Shown in pieces: positions 1 to 10,580 of a stretch of 64,000 bases of DNA (position 1 is the stretch's first letter; each line of letters starts with the position of its first letter). Source of the stretch: Cyanobacteriota bacterium (GTDB lineage: Bacteria; Cyanobacteriota; Cyanobacteriia; PCC-6307; Cyanobiaceae); contig JBJOMY010000001.1 of NCBI GenBank assembly GCA_046052125.1, positions 96,001 through 160,000 of the forward strand, read 5' to 3'. A program made the translations under genes and the position numbers. The notes below the pieces were generated by a model. That model did not search any database and was not told the origin of the DNA. It was given only the letters and a program-made list of their open reading frames with translations.

Positions 1-1
1 G

Positions 2-661
2 ATTCTCTGGGCCAAGGGCTGGAGCCTGGATCTGCAGCGACTGCTGGAGCGGGCCACCGCCCATTGGGCTCAGCTGCTGCCCGAGTTCAAGGTGGACGCA
101 CCGGCCCTGGCTGCGGAGCTGGCTGAGTTTCTGCGTCAGAGGCTGCAGAGCCTGCTCGAAGAGGGCGGCACGGCTGTGGATCTGGTGCAGGCTGTGGCGG
201 GGGATGGTGTGCCGATTGAGCGGGTGATCACCGATCCGGCTGATGCGCGCCAGCGGGCGGAGCTGCTGATGGCCCTGCGCTCCAGCGGTGAGCTGGCGGC
301 GGTGCAGGCGGTGGTGACCCGCGCGGCCCGCTTGGCAGAAAAAGGCGATCTCGATGCCAGCGTGCTTTCCGCAGCAACGGTGGTGGATCCGGCACTGTTT
401 GAGAAGAGCAGCGAAGCGGGGATGCTGGCGGTGATCGATCAGCTCGAGCCCATCGCCACCAGGGATAGCGCCGATCGCTACAGCCGCCTGGCCCAGGGCT
501 TGATCGCGGGTGCCTCAGCGCTGGCGGCCTTCTTTGATGGGGACCAGAGCGTGATGGTGATGGCCGACGACGCAGCGGTCCGCGCCAACCGTCTGAATCT
601 CCTGGGCGTGTTGCGCAATCAGGCCTCGGTGTTGGCCGATTTCAGCCGCATCACCGGCTGA
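2..661 (+). CDS. glyS: Glycyl-tRNA synthetase beta subunit, C-terminal part (5' truncated by window edge)
   Basis: Frame open from base 2; C-terminal FFDG..VMVMADD.AVRANRLNLL...ADFS anticodon-binding signature. Confidence 0.92.
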   Translation: MLWAKGWSLDLQRLLERATAHWAQLLPEFKVDAPALAAELAEFLRQRLQSLLEEGGTAVDLVQAVAGDGVPIERVITDPADARQRAELLMALRSSGELAAVQAVVTRAARLAEKGDLDASVLSAATVVDPALFEKSSEAGMLAVIDQLEPIATRDSADRYSRLAQGLIAGASALAAFFDGDQSVMVMADDAAVRANRLNLLGVLRNQASVLADFSRITG

Positions 662-744
662 TCAGCTGCCGCCAGCGCACGCCCACTAGGGTGTGGATTG
701 AGCAGGTGATGCAGCGCACCTGGTGATCAGGTTCGGCATTCACC

Positions 745-1845
745 TTGCAACACACTCAGCTCAAGAATCGCGGCGATTTTTCGCTGGCGCCCTTTCGTCG
801 CTCCGACAACCTGCGGGCGCTCTGGCAGCTGCTCACCACGCTGGTTCCCACGGCCTTGCTTTGGGCAGCCTTGCCCTGGCTCTGGCAACCGCTGCGGCTT
901 GAAACCCTGTTGATCGTGCCCGCGCTGGCGTTGCTGGTGCTGTTTTCAGCCCGTTGTTTTTCCCTGATGCATGACTGCGGGCACGGGTCATTGTTTCGCA
1001 GCAAACTTCTTAATCGCAGTGTTGGCTTTCTGCTGGGCGTTGTGAATGCGATTCCGCAGCATCCCTGGTCGCGGGGGCACGCCTTTCATCATCTGCATAA
1101 CGGCAACTGGGAGCGATATCGCGGCCCTTCGGCTCTGCTCACGGTGGAGCAATTTCAGCAGCTCACGCCTCAGCAGCAACAACGCTATGGATGGTCGCGC
1201 CACCCCTTGATGCTTTTCCCGGGTGGCTTTTCTTATCTGGTGGTGCGTCCACGGCTGCAGTTGTTGCTTGGCCTCTGGGAGTGGGCGGGTGCGATGGCTG
1301 CTGCAGTGCGCCGGGATGGCTGGAGTGCGCTGTTCAGTTTGGTTCCCCGAACCTTGGCCTTCAAATCCAGCCACTGGTATACGGGCGGTGAATTCATCGA
1401 TCTAGCGGCGAACAATCTCTGCGTGCTCTCGAGTTGGTGGTTGATGAGCCGTTGGCTAGGCGCTGGTTTGTTCTGGAGTTGCTATGCGATCGTGATGACC
1501 TGCTCGGCCGCGATCTTTATCTGCATCTTCTTTGTGCAGCACAACTTTCCGGATTCCTACGCCCACCGCACCAATGACTGGAGCTACTTCAAAGGGGCAA
1601 TTGAGGGCAGCAGCAATTTGATTCTTCCGCGTTTGCTGCATTGGTTTTCGGCAGATATCGCCTTCCATAGCATTCACCACCTGTGTGAACGTATCCCTAA
1701 CTACCGGCTGCGTGCTTGCCATGAGGCCAATCAACACTTGCTGGATGATTGCGCTTATCTGCGTCTCCGTGATCTACCGCGCTGCTTTAATCTGATCCTT
1801 TGGGATAGCGGCAAGCAGAAGCTTGTGTCGATGACTGAGGCCTGA
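745..1845 (+). CDS. Membrane fatty acid desaturase (DesA-like)
   Basis: Three His boxes HDCGH, HAFHH, HSIHH; hydrophobic segments; IPNY motif. Confidence 0.88.
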   Translation: MQHTQLKNRGDFSLAPFRRSDNLRALWQLLTTLVPTALLWAALPWLWQPLRLETLLIVPALALLVLFSARCFSLMHDCGHGSLFRSKLLNRSVGFLLGVVNAIPQHPWSRGHAFHHLHNGNWERYRGPSALLTVEQFQQLTPQQQQRYGWSRHPLMLFPGGFSYLVVRPRLQLLLGLWEWAGAMAAAVRRDGWSALFSLVPRTLAFKSSHWYTGGEFIDLAANNLCVLSSWWLMSRWLGAGLFWSCYAIVMTCSAAIFICIFFVQHNFPDSYAHRTNDWSYFKGAIEGSSNLILPRLLHWFSADIAFHSIHHLCERIPNYRLRACHEANQHLLDDCAYLRLRDLPRCFNLILWDSGKQKLVSMTEA

Positions 1846-1916
1846 ACCTTTCCGCCTCTCGGAGAGTCAGTCCTGCACGTAATAGTGCAGGCACGACGCG
1901 ATCAACCAGATCTGCA

Positions 1917-1950
1917 CAAAAAAGCCGCCCCTCTCGGGACGGCTGATTTG
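1917..1950 (-). terminator. Intrinsic terminator after chlP
   Basis: Minus strand CAGCCGTCCC-GAGA-GGGGCGGC followed by a T-run. Confidence 0.6.
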
Positions 1951-1983
1951 TTGTGGCGGCAATTCAGCCGTTCAGGCTTCGTT

Positions 1984-3381
1984 TCAGCCTTTGCCAGCCA
2001 ACACGGGCTCGCGCTCATCGGTTGCTGAATCGGAGGCCTTCGTTCCGTTAGAGCCAGCTTCCTTGGCCTTGCCCACGCGGATGCCACCTTTGATGGTGCT
2101 TACGGCAAGCATGGCGTTCACTTCGGCTTCGTCGCGAACGGCGCTGGCCACCGGTTTGTAGCCCTGCGGTGCCAGGGCGTTGCCGCGCAGCACCGAACCC
2201 AGGGTGAGAAGCGTGAGCTTGAGCTGCTGCCAGGGGTTCATCATCACCACGCGCTTATAGAGATAGCTGTCGAAGGTGAGACGCTGCACGTCCTTGTCAT
2301 CGCACATCTCCACGAACGCTTCGCGGGCTGCATCGTTGCGGTAGAAGATGTTCTGGAGGATCTCCAGCACTTTGTAGGTGGCGCCGTACTGGCGATCCCA
2401 CTTCTTCAGATACTTCTTGAGGTCGGCCTCGCTGGGCACCTTGGTGCCGCCCTGGCTGGATTCCACGATCTGCTCGGCGCACATGCGGCCGCTCTTGGCT
2501 GCGAAGTAGATGCCTTCGCCGGAGCTCTTGGTCACATAGCCGGCGGCATCGCCCACTAGAGCCATGCGGCCCACTACTCGGCGCGGACGGGGGTGCTCAG
2601 GGATCGGGTGCGCTTCCACCTTGATCACTTCGCCATTTACTAGGCGCTTCTTGGCGCGCTCGCGAATGCCTTCCTGCAGGCTCTTGATCAGGGCCTGGTT
2701 CTCCTGCATGGTGCCGGTGCCCACGGCCACGTGGTCGTATTTAGGGAACACCCAGGCGTAGAAGTCGGGCGACACATCGGTGCCCACGTACATCTCAGCG
2801 AGGCTCTCGTAGTACTTCATCTCTTCCGGGGGCAGCTTGATGCGCTCCTGGAAGGCGATCGCCACGTTGTAGTCGCCGGCATCCATGGCCTTGGCCACGC
2901 GGCTGTTGGCGCCATCGGCGCCAATGATCAGATCCACTTCGAGGGTCTGGGTGATGCCGGTGGCTTCACCCTCGCTGTAGTCGGAGTAGGTGAGGGTGTA
3001 GGGGCCCTGGCGGTTGGCACCTGTGTCGATCTTGGTGACGAGACCATTCACCAGATGGGCGCCCAGCTCGGCGGCACGGTTGCGCAGGAAGGCATCCATC
3101 ACCTCGCGGCGGCACATGCCGATGTATTCGTTCTCGTTCTCGAGATTGATATCCACCTCACGGTTGGAGGGGGAGATCATCTTCATGTTGCGGACCTTGC
3201 GGTCGATGATCGACTCGGGCAGGTCGAACTCGGCCACCATGCACAGCGGAATCGCACCACCGCAGGGTTTGGCGTTATCCAGCTTGCGCTCGAAGATCCA
3301 GGTTTGAATGCCGGCCTTGGCAAGCACTTCTGCAGCACAGGATCCGCTCGGGCCGCCGCCCACCACCGCGACTCGCAACAT
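1984..3381 (-). CDS. chlP: Geranylgeranyl reductase
   Basis: MLRVAVVGGGPSG FAD motif, AKPCGGAIP, GDAAGYVTKSSGEGIYFA; start trimmed to ATG 3381. Confidence 0.96.
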   Translation of the reverse strand: MLRVAVVGGGPSGSCAAEVLAKAGIQTWIFERKLDNAKPCGGAIPLCMVAEFDLPESIIDRKVRNMKMISPSNREVDINLENENEYIGMCRREVMDAFLRNRAAELGAHLVNGLVTKIDTGANRQGPYTLTYSDYSEGEATGITQTLEVDLIIGADGANSRVAKAMDAGDYNVAIAFQERIKLPPEEMKYYESLAEMYVGTDVSPDFYAWVFPKYDHVAVGTGTMQENQALIKSLQEGIRERAKKRLVNGEVIKVEAHPIPEHPRPRRVVGRMALVGDAAGYVTKSSGEGIYFAAKSGRMCAEQIVESSQGGTKVPSEADLKKYLKKWDRQYGATYKVLEILQNIFYRNDAAREAFVEMCDDKDVQRLTFDSYLYKRVVMMNPWQQLKLTLLTLGSVLRGNALAPQGYKPVASAVRDEAEVNAMLAVSTIKGGIRVGKAKEAGSNGTKASDSATDEREPVLAGKG

Positions 3382-3440
3382 CTTGAAACCCGCTCCGCCA
3401 GAAGGATGTTGGGGGGAAGCTAACACCGCTAAGCAGTGCG

Positions 3441-4262
3441 TTGCTGGCGTTGCCTTGGCACAGGCCTACCATCGGTCAACCCTGCCGCCATGGGAGACGT
3501 CGCTTGCCCAGCGCCAGTCGGCTGCCCACTGCGGCACGCAGCTCCAAGCGCTCCGGCGGCGACGACATCCCGCTCGCTAAACGCACGGTTTCACCGGCCC
3601 TGCAGCGCAAGCCCCGCTGGCGCCTTGCGCTCGTTGCCGCTGGTTCCAGTGTGCTTGCGGCGGCTGCGCTGGTGGTGGTGTTTCCGCAACCGATCAGACG
3701 CCTGCTCGCACCCCCGCCGGTGCAGGGCCTCAAGGCAAGGGTTGGCCTCGATGGTCGGCTCCTGGGGCACTTTCCCTACGGAGAAGCGGCGCCCGCTGAT
3801 CTGGTGGCGATCGCGCCGGGTGTGGAGCTGCACCGCGATGCAGCCGAAGCGCTTGAACGATTGATGGCTTCGGCAGCGGCCGATGGCGTGGAGCTCAGGG
3901 TGCTCAGTGCCTACCGCTCCATTGATCTTCAGAAGACGATCTTTTTCGATGTGAAATCTGAGCGCAATCAGAGTGCACTGGAGCGGGCTCAGGTGAGTGC
4001 ACCGCCGGGCTTCTCCGAGCACAGCACCGGTTACGCGGTGGATCTCGGTGATGGCCAAGCCCCGGGCACGGATCTCTCCCCCAGCTTCGAGTCCACCAAG
4101 GCGTTTGCCTGGCTGCAGGCCAATGCCAATCGCTATCACTTCACCTTGTCGTTTCCTCAGGGGAACCGCCAGGGCGTGAGCTACGAGCCCTGGCATTGGC
4201 GCTTTGAAGGCAGCGCGGATGCGCTCAAAACCTTTGAAGCCGCTGAGCGGCTTGGCCGCTGA
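3441..4262 (+). CDS. M15B (VanY-like) D-Ala-D-Ala carboxypeptidase; start uncertain
   Basis: SAYRS, SAPPGFSEHSTGYAVD, YEPWHWR motifs; N-terminal TM anchor. Confidence 0.88.
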   Translation: MLALPWHRPTIGQPCRHGRRRLPSASRLPTAARSSKRSGGDDIPLAKRTVSPALQRKPRWRLALVAAGSSVLAAAALVVVFPQPIRRLLAPPPVQGLKARVGLDGRLLGHFPYGEAAPADLVAIAPGVELHRDAAEALERLMASAAADGVELRVLSAYRSIDLQKTIFFDVKSERNQSALERAQVSAPPGFSEHSTGYAVDLGDGQAPGTDLSPSFESTKAFAWLQANANRYHFTLSFPQGNRQGVSYEPWHWRFEGSADALKTFEAAERLGR

Positions 4263-6787
4263 TGGCTGCCCTGCCTGAACTGCTCGCCCCGGCAGGTTGC
4301 TGGGAGTCGCTCAAGGCCGCCGTGGCCAATGGCGCCGATGCCGTGTATTTCGGTGTGGAGCAGTTCAACGCCAGGCTCCGCGCTGAGAACTTCTGCCTCT
4401 GCGATCTGCCGGAGGTGATGGAGTGGCTGCACCGCCGCGGTGTGAAGGGATTCCTCACCGTGAACGTGCTGATCTTTCCGGCGGAGCTGCAACAGGCAGC
4501 TGAGTTGCTGCTGGCGGCAGAAGCAGCTGGCGTGGATGCGCTGATCGTGCAAGACGTGGGCCTGGCGTTGCTGGCCCGGGAGCTCACACCGGAGTTGGCG
4601 GTGCATGGCTCCACGCAGATGTCGATCACCAGTGCCGCCGGTGTGGCGATCGCGGCTGAACTGGGTTGCACGCGGGTGGTGTTGGCCCGGGAACTCAGCC
4701 TGAAGGATCTGCAGCGCATCCAGGCTCAACTCCACCAGCGGGCTCTGGAGATGCCTCTGGAGGTGTTTGTGCACGGTGCCCTGTGCGTGGCCTACTCCGG
4801 CCAATGCCTCACCAGCGAAGCCCTCGGCCAGCGCAGCGCCAACCGAGGCGAATGCGCCCAGGCCTGCCGGCTTCCGTATCAATTGATCGTCGATGGTGAG
4901 GAGCGTGATCTCGGCGAGCAGCGCTATTTGATGTCGCCGCAGGATCTGGCGGCTTGGGATCTGTTGCCCCAGCTGGCGGCCTGCGGCATCGCCAGCCTCA
5001 AGATTGAGGGGCGGTTGAAGGAGTCCACCTACGTGGCTGCCGTCACCGATGCCTACCGCCAGGGACTTGATCAGTTGGCGGCGAAGGCGGATGAGAGCGA
5101 CGCGCCTCTGCAGCCCACCGAGCAATTGCGCCGGCAGCTGGAGCTGAGCTTTTCCCGTGGTCTCAGTCACGGCTGGCTCGATGGGGTGAACCATCGCCAG
5201 CTGGTGAACGGGCGCTGGAGCAAAAAACGCGGTCCCTGGCTGGGGCGGCTGGAGCAGGCACCCGCCCAGGGCCGCCTGGTGCTGCGCACCCAGCAAGCCC
5301 TCAAGCCTGGCGATGGGGTGGTGCTCGAGGTGCCCAATTCCGATCCACTTCAGCCGCCCCGGGAGGTGGGGGGCCGGCTGATGCAGGTGGAGCCTCTGCC
5401 CGGCGGGCGCGTGGCCTTGAAGCTCGGGCCGGGGCGCATCGATTGTTCGGGGTTGCAGCCCGGCAGCCCCTGTTGGCTCACCAGTGATCCCCAGCTGGAA
5501 CGGCAGCTGGAGCGCCTCGCTCAACGGGATTCGCAAGAACAACGCCAACCCCTGCAGCTGCGGGTGTGGGGCCGTGTCGATGAGCCGTTGCGCCTGGAAG
5601 TGGCCGCCATCCCAGGCCTGGCTGGCGGTCCTTGGCAGGTGGCCTCCAGCCAGCCGCTGCAACCCGCCCGCGGCGCCGCACTCGATCGGGATCGCCTGGA
5701 GCAGCAACTGGGCCGTCTGGGCGGCACCCCTTGGTGCCTGGGCGGGCTGGAGGCGCGCCTGGAGGGCGAGCTGTTCCTGCCGGTGGCGCAGCTCAACGAG
5801 CTGCGCCGGGCCTTGGTGGATCAGTTGGCTGAGGCCATGCCTGCCGTGAGTTCTGTGGCTTCCACCTCAGCCGGTGCGCCAGCGTTGGAGCGTTGGAGCG
5901 CTCTGCTGCCAGCGCCGCAAAGCGAGCCTTGCGAGCCAGGGGCGGTGGAGCTGAGCGTGTTGGTGCGCAGCCTTGAGCAACTGGAGGCGCTGCGCGAGCT
6001 GCCGGTGCACCGCGTGATCGTGGATCTGGAGCATCCGGCTCAGTTGCGGCAGGCCGTGCGCGCTGGGCGGGGTTGTTGGCCCGGGGGCATCTGGGCCGCA
6101 GGCGCCCGGATCTGCCGCCCTGATGAGGCTTGGACCCTGGAGCCGCTGCTCCGGGCGGAGCCGGATGGCTTTTTGGTGCGCAATGCCGATCAGCTTGAGC
6201 GGCTGACCCCGGTGGCCCCTTGCATCGGTGATTTCTCGTTGAATGTGGCCAACCCGCTCACGGCCCGCTGGTTTTTGGAGCGCTGGGGCCTGGAGGCGAT
6301 CACCGCCAGCTACGACCTGGCCCTGGATCAGCTCCTGGCGCTGGTGGCCGGCACCGCCTCAGGCCGCGTGGAAATCACCCTGCACCAGCACATGCCGCTG
6401 TTCCACATGGAGCACTGCCTGTTCTGCGCCTTCCTCTCCGACGGTCACGACCACACCGATTGCGGTCGCCCCTGCGAAACCCACACGGTGCTGTTGCGCG
6501 ATCGCAGCGGCGTTGAGCACCCCTTGCGGGCGGATCTGGGCTGCCGCAACACCTTGTTTAACGGCCGTGCGCAAACGGCAGCCGAGGCGATTCCCCAGTT
6601 GTTGCAAGCTGGTGTGCGTCGCCTCAGGCTGGAATTGCTCGACGACAGCCCGACCGATGCGCGCCGGCGGGTGGAGCTCTATCAGCAGGCCATCAGCGGG
6701 GAGCTCAGTGGGCGCACCGTGTGGCAGCGCGAGCAGCTGGAAAGCCGCCTTGGCGTGACCCGCGGCACCCTGGTGCAACGCCGCTGA
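4262..6787 (+). CDS. U32 family protein (RlhA-like RNA hydroxylase/'collagenase') with long C-terminal region
   Basis: PELLAPAG, GADAVYFG, HGALCVAYSGQC, NRGECAQACR, LKIEGR. Confidence 0.88.
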   Translation: MAALPELLAPAGCWESLKAAVANGADAVYFGVEQFNARLRAENFCLCDLPEVMEWLHRRGVKGFLTVNVLIFPAELQQAAELLLAAEAAGVDALIVQDVGLALLARELTPELAVHGSTQMSITSAAGVAIAAELGCTRVVLARELSLKDLQRIQAQLHQRALEMPLEVFVHGALCVAYSGQCLTSEALGQRSANRGECAQACRLPYQLIVDGEERDLGEQRYLMSPQDLAAWDLLPQLAACGIASLKIEGRLKESTYVAAVTDAYRQGLDQLAAKADESDAPLQPTEQLRRQLELSFSRGLSHGWLDGVNHRQLVNGRWSKKRGPWLGRLEQAPAQGRLVLRTQQALKPGDGVVLEVPNSDPLQPPREVGGRLMQVEPLPGGRVALKLGPGRIDCSGLQPGSPCWLTSDPQLERQLERLAQRDSQEQRQPLQLRVWGRVDEPLRLEVAAIPGLAGGPWQVASSQPLQPARGAALDRDRLEQQLGRLGGTPWCLGGLEARLEGELFLPVAQLNELRRALVDQLAEAMPAVSSVASTSAGAPALERWSALLPAPQSEPCEPGAVELSVLVRSLEQLEALRELPVHRVIVDLEHPAQLRQAVRAGRGCWPGGIWAAGARICRPDEAWTLEPLLRAEPDGFLVRNADQLERLTPVAPCIGDFSLNVANPLTARWFLERWGLEAITASYDLALDQLLALVAGTASGRVEITLHQHMPLFHMEHCLFCAFLSDGHDHTDCGRPCETHTVLLRDRSGVEHPLRADLGCRNTLFNGRAQTAAEAIPQLLQAGVRRLRLELLDDSPTDARRRVELYQQAISGELSGRTVWQREQLESRLGVTRGTLVQRR

Positions 6788-7032
6788 GGGCCTTATCCCA
6801 CTTCAGGCGCTGCGATAGATTCCCTTAACGCACCGTAGGGGTCATCGGTCTCAGCTTCCACTGCTGCTCAGCGTTGCTCGGCATCAGAACGGATCTGCAG
6901 GCCACGCTGCAAGAGATACCAGCTCCATTCACATCGCAATTTGCCGTGTGATCGGGCTCAGGGGTTTCAGCCACCGTTCCCACGCCAACGCCTGCGGCGT
7001 GCGCACTAGAGATCAACCGACACCATCGATTT

Positions 7033-8841
7033 ATGAGCGGCGAGCATCCGGGAACCCCGATTCGCAATATTGCAATCATTGCCCACGTTGACCACGGCAA
7101 AACCACCCTGGTGGATGCGCTGCTGGCTCAATCGGGCATCTTCCGCGACAACGAAGCGGTGCCCACCTGCGTGATGGACTCCAACGACCTGGAGCGCGAG
7201 CGCGGCATCACGATCCTCTCCAAGAACACTGCGGTGGACTACGAGGGGATCCGCATCAACATCGTGGACACCCCCGGCCACGCCGACTTCGGTGGAGAGG
7301 TGGAGCGGGTGCTCGGAATGGTGGATGGCTGTCTGCTGATCGTGGACGCCAACGAGGGCCCGATGCCCCAGACGCGTTTCGTGCTCAAGAAGGCGCTGGA
7401 GAAGGGTCTTCGCCCGATCGTGTTCGTGAACAAGATCGACCGTGCCCGTGTTGATCCCGAGCAGGCTGTCGACAAGGTGCTCGACCTGTTCCTGGAGCTG
7501 GGCGCCGACGACGACCAGTGCGATTTCACCTATCTATTCGGCAGCGGCATGGGCGGTTACGCCAAGCCGGATATGAAGACCGAAAGCGACAACATGCGGC
7601 CGCTGTTCGAAGCGATCTTGCGTCATGTTCCGCCGCCGGTGGGTGATCCGGAGAAGCCCCTGCAGCTGCAGGTGACCACCCTCGACTACAGCGATTTCCT
7701 CGGCCGGATCATGATCGGCCGCATCCACAACGGCACGATCAGGGCTGGTCAACCCGTGGCGCTGCTCCGTGATGACGGCAGCGTGAAGCGCGGCCGCATC
7801 AGCAAGCTGCTCGGCTTCCAGGGCCTGCAGCGCGTGGAGATCGAGCAGGCCCGCGCCGGCGATCTCGTGGCCGTGGCCGGTTTCGATGAAGTGAACATCG
7901 GCGAAACCATCGCCTGCCCGGATGAGCCCAAGGCGCTGCCGCTGATCAAGGTGGATGAACCCACCCTGCAGATGACCTTCGTGGTCAACGACTCGCCCTT
8001 CGCCGGTAAGGAAGGCAAGTTCGTGACCAGCCGTCAGGTGCGCGATCGCCTCAACAAGGAACTGCTCACCAACGTGGCGCTGCGGGTGGAAGACACCGAC
8101 TCCCCGGACCGCTGGTCCGTGAGCGGCCGCGGTGAGCTGCACCTGGGCATCCTGATCGAAACGATGCGCCGCGAGGGCTATGAGTTCCAGGTGAGCCAGC
8201 CTCAGGTGATCTTCCGCACCATCGACGGCACCCCCTCCGAGCCGTTCGAAACCCTGGTGCTGGATGTGCCCGAGGAAGCCGTTGGCGCCTGCATCGAGAA
8301 GCTCGGCATCCGCAAGGCCGAGATGCAGAACATGGAGAACACCAACGACGGCCGCACCCAGCTGGAGTTTGTGGTTCCCTCCCGCGGCCTGATCGGCTTC
8401 CGCGGTGAGTTCATCCGCGCCACCCGCGGCGAAGGGATCATGAGCCACTCCTTCCTTGATTACCGCCCGATGCAGGGTGAGTTCGAGACCCGCCGCAACG
8501 GTGTGCTGATCGCCTTCGAAGAGGGCACCGCCACCTTCTATGCCCTCAAGAACGCTGAAGATCGCGGCCAGTTCTTCATCAGCCCCGGCACCAAGGTGTA
8601 CAAGGGCATGCTCGTGGGCGAAAACAACCGCCCTCAGGATCTCGAGATCAACGTCTGCAAAACCAAGCAGCTCACCAACATGCGCTCCGCCGGCGCTGAG
8701 GAACTCGACACCCTGCAGGCGCCGATGCAGATGACCCTCGAGCGCGCGCTCGAGTACATCGGTCCCGACGAGATGCTCGAGGTGACCCCCGAGTCGATCC
8801 GTCTGCGCAAGCTGCCGGCGAAGAAGCCCGCCCGTCGTTGA
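7033..8841 (+). CDS. typA: Translational GTPase TypA/BipA
   Basis: [46 protein letters not shown]. Confidence 0.97.
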   Translation: MSGEHPGTPIRNIAIIAHVDHGKTTLVDALLAQSGIFRDNEAVPTCVMDSNDLERERGITILSKNTAVDYEGIRINIVDTPGHADFGGEVERVLGMVDGCLLIVDANEGPMPQTRFVLKKALEKGLRPIVFVNKIDRARVDPEQAVDKVLDLFLELGADDDQCDFTYLFGSGMGGYAKPDMKTESDNMRPLFEAILRHVPPPVGDPEKPLQLQVTTLDYSDFLGRIMIGRIHNGTIRAGQPVALLRDDGSVKRGRISKLLGFQGLQRVEIEQARAGDLVAVAGFDEVNIGETIACPDEPKALPLIKVDEPTLQMTFVVNDSPFAGKEGKFVTSRQVRDRLNKELLTNVALRVEDTDSPDRWSVSGRGELHLGILIETMRREGYEFQVSQPQVIFRTIDGTPSEPFETLVLDVPEEAVGACIEKLGIRKAEMQNMENTNDGRTQLEFVVPSRGLIGFRGEFIRATRGEGIMSHSFLDYRPMQGEFETRRNGVLIAFEEGTATFYALKNAEDRGQFFISPGTKVYKGMLVGENNRPQDLEINVCKTKQLTNMRSAGAEELDTLQAPMQMTLERALEYIGPDEMLEVTPESIRLRKLPAKKPARR

Positions 8842-9221
8842 GCGAGCCCCTCTCAGAGGAACAGAGCCTGATGGCCGATCCCCGCTTCGGGGACGCCGTC
8901 AGGCTTTTTAATGCCGGTGAGTGGTACGCCTGCCACGACGGCTTCGAGGAGCTCTGGCATGAAACCCAGGCCCCCTGCCGCAAGGTGCTGCAGGGAATCC
9001 TTCAGATCGCCGTGGCGCACCTGCACTTGGAGCGCGGCAACCGTCGTGGCGCCACGGTGTTGCTGGGTGAGGGCCTCGGGCGCCTGCAGGGAGCAGGAGA
9101 TGTGTGTTTTGGCCTCGATCTGACCCTGCTGCGCCAGCGCTCCCGCGATCGCTTGCTGGCCCTTCAGCAGGAGCAGGATCCCGATGCCTTGCCCTTGCCA
9201 GCGCTCAGCCCTGCAGCCTGA
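8838..9221 (+). CDS. DUF309 family protein
   Basis: LFNAGEWYACHDGFEELW...LQGILQIAVA pattern. Confidence 0.8.
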   Translation: MSEPLSEEQSLMADPRFGDAVRLFNAGEWYACHDGFEELWHETQAPCRKVLQGILQIAVAHLHLERGNRRGATVLLGEGLGRLQGAGDVCFGLDLTLLRQRSRDRLLALQQEQDPDALPLPALSPAA

Positions 9222-9303
9222 AAGGCCTGATGCGCCAGGCGAACTGAGCGATACGATACGGAAACTTCAAGAGCGGGGAGCGGGCTTGGCCGCAGCGCGC
9301 AGC

Positions 9304-9855
9304 ATGCCCAGATCTCTCGCGCTCCTGGCCGCGGTTCTGGGGTTCACACCATCAGTGTTCGCCCAGGTGAGCGCGACGGGTGCCTCACTGATCCCCGCTG
9401 CGTCCTCGGCCACGCAGGCTGCCCCTGCGACTCCCGCCCAGCCAGCCCGTGTGAGCACTGGCTTGGTCACGATTGAATCGGATCTACAGCGCGCCGATCA
9501 GCTCACCGGTGTGGTGACCGCCACCGGCAATGTGCGCATCGTGTACCCAGATGAACGGGTGGTGGCCACCGCCCGCCAAGCCCAGTACTTCAGCAAAGAG
9601 AACCGGGTGGTGCTCAGCGGCGATGTCGACATCGTTCAGGAAGGCGGCAACCTGATCCGCGCTGAGCGGGTGGTGTATCTGGTGGATGGCGAGCGGCTGA
9701 TCGCCATCCCGCCTGAAGGTCAGCAGGTGTTCAGTCGGCTGAAGATCCAACAGCAACAGACCCCTCCAACCACTGCAACTGCCCCTGCTGGTTCCTCGCC
9801 CGCTCCAACGACACCAGCGCCTGGCGGGCAGGTTTCGCCGACCGCGCAGCCATGA
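9304..9855 (+). CDS. lptA: LptA/OstA family periplasmic LPS transport protein
   Basis: Signal peptide; ATGNV, LSGDV beta-jellyroll motifs; directly upstream of lptB. Confidence 0.8.
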   Translation: MPRSLALLAAVLGFTPSVFAQVSATGASLIPAASSATQAAPATPAQPARVSTGLVTIESDLQRADQLTGVVTATGNVRIVYPDERVVATARQAQYFSKENRVVLSGDVDIVQEGGNLIRAERVVYLVDGERLIAIPPEGQQVFSRLKIQQQQTPPTTATAPAGSSPAPTTPAPGGQVSPTAQP

Positions 9856-10580
9856 GTTTGGTGCTGGATCACGTGGCGCTCACGATTGCTGGGCGGCCGC
9901 TGGTGAAGCAGGTGAGCCTCAACCTCAATCCCGGTGAGGTGGTGGGGTTACTTGGGCCTAATGGCGCCGGCAAAACCACCACGTTCAACCTGGTGACCGG
10001 CCTGCTGCGCCCGGATTCGGGTCAGGTGCAGATGGATGGCCAGGCGGTGGCTGAACTGTCGATGCCGGAGCGGGCCCGCCTGGGGATTGGCTACCTGCCC
10101 CAAGAGGCCAGCGTGTTCCGCAACCTCAGCGTGCACGACAACCTGATGCTCGCCCTGCAGGAAAGCGGGGCGCCCAAGGCCCAGCGTCGCGAACGGGTGG
10201 AGCAGCTGGTGGACGATTTCCATCTGCGCCCCTTTGCCCAGCGCCGCGGTTTTCAGCTCTCCGGCGGTGAGCGGCGACGCTGCGAGGTGGCGCGGGCCCT
10301 GGCCGTGGGCGAGCAGGGGCCGCGCTACCTGCTGCTCGATGAACCCTTTGCCGGGGTGGATCCTCTGGCGGTGGCCGATCTCCAGGGCCTGATCGCCCGC
10401 CTGCGCGATCGCGGCATGGGGATCCTGATCACCGATCACAACGTGCGCGAAACCCTGGCGATCACGGATCGGGCCTACATCCTCACGGAGGGCAGCATCC
10501 TGGCCAGCGGTCCCTCGCGCGAGATGGCCAACGATCCGCTGGTGCGGCGCCACTACCTCGGGGAGGACTTTCGCCTGTGA
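9852..10580 (+). CDS. lptB: LPS export ABC ATPase
   Basis: GPNGAGKTT, YLPQE, LSGGERRR, LLDEPFAGVDP, TDHNVRET. Confidence 0.95.
   Translation: MSLVLDHVALTIAGRPLVKQVSLNLNPGEVVGLLGPNGAGKTTTFNLVTGLLRPDSGQVQMDGQAVAELSMPERARLGIGYLPQEASVFRNLSVHDNLMLALQESGAPKAQRRERVEQLVDDFHLRPFAQRRGFQLSGGERRRCEVARALAVGEQGPRYLLLDEPFAGVDPLAVADLQGLIARLRDRGMGILITDHNVRETLAITDRAYILTEGSILASGPSREMANDPLVRRHYLGEDFRL

Noticed and set aside
6788..7032. 245-nt spacer upstream of typA as a possible ncRNA
   Set aside because: No recognisable RNA motif or strong stem seen
2855..10412. Several GCGATCGC (HIP1-like) octamers
   Set aside because: Could arise from GC content and GCG-ATC-GCN codons; enrichment needs a Markov-background count
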